This document shows positions 61,577-64,000 of a stretch of 64,000 bases of DNA, in pieces. Below the pieces are notes generated by a model. That model saw nothing but the letters and a program-made list of their open reading frames with translations. It was not told the origin of the DNA and searched no databases. This DNA comes from Squalus acanthias (Eukaryota), in NCBI GenBank assembly GCA_030390025.1, contig CM059432.1:142416001-142480000 (forward strand). The letters are read 5' to 3'. Position 1 is the stretch's first letter. Each line of letters starts with the position of its first letter. The position numbers and the translations under genes were made by a program.

Positions 61577-62020
61577 TGGGAGGTGGGTGAGGGGTGGGTG
61601 AGGAGTGGAGGGGCGGAGGGCAGGTGAGGGGCGGGTGAGGGGCGAAGGGGCAGGAGGGTGAGGAGTGGGTGAGGGGCGGAGGGCAGGTGAGGGGCGGGTG
61701 AGGGACGAAGGGGCGGGAGAGGAGTAGGTGAGGAGTGGAGGGGCAGGAGGGAGGGTGAGGAGCCGGTGAGGGGTGGGTGAGGAGTGGAGGGGCGGAGGGC
61801 AGGTGAGGGGCGGGTGAGGGACGAAGGGGCGGGAGGGTGAGGAGTGGGTGAGGGGTGGGTGAGGAGCTGGAGAGGAGTAGGTGAGGAGTGGAGGGGCAGG
61901 AGGGAGGGTGAGGAGCTGGTGAGGGACAGCTGAAGGGCGAGTGAGGAGCAGCGGGTGAGGACCGGATAAGGAGCAGGAGGGCGGGTGAGGAGCAGGTGAG
62001 GAGCAGGTGAAGAGTGGGTG
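61577..62020. repeat. G-rich (ggtgaggag/ggtgagggg) compound repeat
   Basis: Directly visible. Confidence 0.9.
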
Positions 62021-63164
62021 GAACTGAACCCCCAGAAAGCAACAACCACAAACAGTGCAGAGAAAAATAGTGAAAATGCAGTAATGGTTTGAACGTGCAC
62101 TCGGAGGAAGGTTCTGTTTCATCTTTGTGCCAACGATATTTCTCATTCCCACTGACATTCCCCTCCTTTTCACAAATACAGAACATGTGTAAACATTTTA
62201 TATGCCATAATAAATATGTAACGCGATGCTTGCTAATCATAAAACAATGGATTAGTTGACAGAGAATTTTGGCTTCATCTCTGGCCTTCTGACATTTCAA
62301 ATCTCTCCTCACTGTCGGCAGGAAGCGTCTGAGGCTTTGTCGAAATTAGTGAGGAAATACTTGAGTGAGGATTTAATTCGTAATGTGTTTCAGGAAAATG
62401 TAAAAAGCTTAGTCTTTGGATCGGGGAAAGTAAAGACCAAAAAAAGTTTCCTGTATTGAAAGGGAAAGCAGATGGGGCCGTATATCAATATAATATATCC
62501 CAGTCACACACACAGCTGGGTAAAGAATAAAGAATTCCTGTTAATAAGAATAGCATTCTTCACACAACTGCTTCACCACAAGATGGGGCCACTAAATGAG
62601 ACCTTAAATTGCAGCAACGCCCACCCCCCGCCCCCCCACCCCGCAAAAACAATTGGTCTCCTCGCAGATGGTCCCAACTCTACGCCCAGCCATACTGTTC
62701 TTATGGCAAGGGCAAAGAAGGCATTTCCTGCCTTCCAGAATCCTACTGAAGATCGTGTGGAAAGAGTAATGATCCTCACTGTCCTTCTGCCTACAGGAAC
62801 TGCTCCCCATCTGAACCGCTCACATGGCAAATCGGGGACCCCCCAATCTGAAATATCGACCTCAGAGCAACAGATTTCCCAACTCCTGACTCGTACCCTT
62901 GAAACTAAGGCCTCGTAATCCTGCAGACTATGGAGTTCCATTCTCTATCTCCAGCCAGAACAACGCCTTGTGGAGGAGGTACTTGCCCAGTAGTTTTATT
63001 TCTCCGACATGTAGAACTCTGTCTTGACAGTGTTAACGCGCAGGAATAGATTCTTTACTGAATCAATGAATTCATTAATTGCAGGGAAACTCATTGATTG
63101 GTTTATCAGACCTGTTGGGGCATGCATTAGGCTGTGAGAGATCTGTTGTCTGTTGATCGCCTAA

Positions 63165-63480
63165 GTGTCAGCGATAGCATTCCCCACTCTGAGTCAGTAG
63201 GTCATGGATTCAAGCCACACTCCCAAGACTGTAGGCAATTGCGGCAGCAATGAGTTTTAGTGATGTTGGTTGAGGGACAAACGATCAGGATACCGGGACA
63301 GCTTCTCTGCTCTTCTTCAGCTCTTTTACATCCACCCGAGGTGGCAGACAGTTTAACTTCTCATGTCACCTCCGACAGTGCAACACTCCTTCAGTACTGG
63401 AGTGTCAGCTTGGATATTGTGCTTAAGTCTCTGGAGTGGGACTTGAACCCACAAGGCGAGAGTGCTACCCACTGAGCCAC
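63165..63480. mobile_element. Degenerate SacSINE1-type pieces in opposite orientations
   Basis: Head on + at ~63165-63230; reverse copy at ~63255-63480. Confidence 0.65.
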
Positions 63481-64000
63481 TTGGTTGAGACTTGGGTGAT
63501 CGGTGGACAACATCGGCGCGATGGAGCATGCGTGAAGTTGAGGTCCTATTGCTTACCACTGGCGAGATGGGGGGGCTTTTGTAGTTATTGAAAGAATGTC
63601 CTCTGGCAGACTCACACGTCAGGTGAGGACATCCGATATCAAGAGGACAAAGGGAAAAGAATTCTGCCCGAGTATTAAATAAAAGAGTTTAGTGAGCAAA
63701 TGGGCTCCCATCTGTAAATAATATACTCCAGAAACAGGCAGAATAACCGGCCAAACCAGCAAAAAAATCCCTCCAAACGAAATAAGTAAAAACACATTGC
63801 AGTCCCTGTGTTCAGTTACTCGAAAACACAATCTGGGAAAACAGGGTGACGATCAATGTGTTTGAAAATACAAGCCTCAGTTTTTGGAGCTAGCAGTCTG
63901 TCAAGATACTGGGCAGAGGTAGAAGAAGTACCGGGAGGAAAGAAGTGACTCCTGAGTTGCAGGTTACAATGGCCACTGCAACATTTGAAAGTAATGGAGG

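Overview
Eukaryotic, repeat-dominated vertebrate DNA, most likely from a shark or other elasmobranch, judging by HE1-type and SacSINE1/Deu-type SINEs and HER1/CR1 LINEs recognised from memory. The only host gene I can support is the 3' end of an angiopoietin of the ANGPT1/ANGPT4 clade, probably ANGPT4. Its last two coding exons are on + at 21061-21191 and 25500-25660. The rest is intron or intergenic sequence packed with nested mobile elements: CR1 LINEs (one with an intact 983-aa ORF2), L2, a Tx1-type L1, Penelope-like elements carrying minimal hammerhead ribozymes, two ~1.68-kb solo LTRs of one family, Tigger-, hAT- and Harbinger-type MITEs, SINEs, and mini/microsatellites. The most unusual item is a CR1-group LINE whose 5' end is a tRNA-derived Pol III head running straight into an ATG-less endonuclease frame, with no ORF1 and no sense-strand TTTT in the segments I read. 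It is a candidate Pol III-driven LINE. Family names come from recalled consensus features, not database searches. Boundaries without a stated TSD or TIR are approximate.
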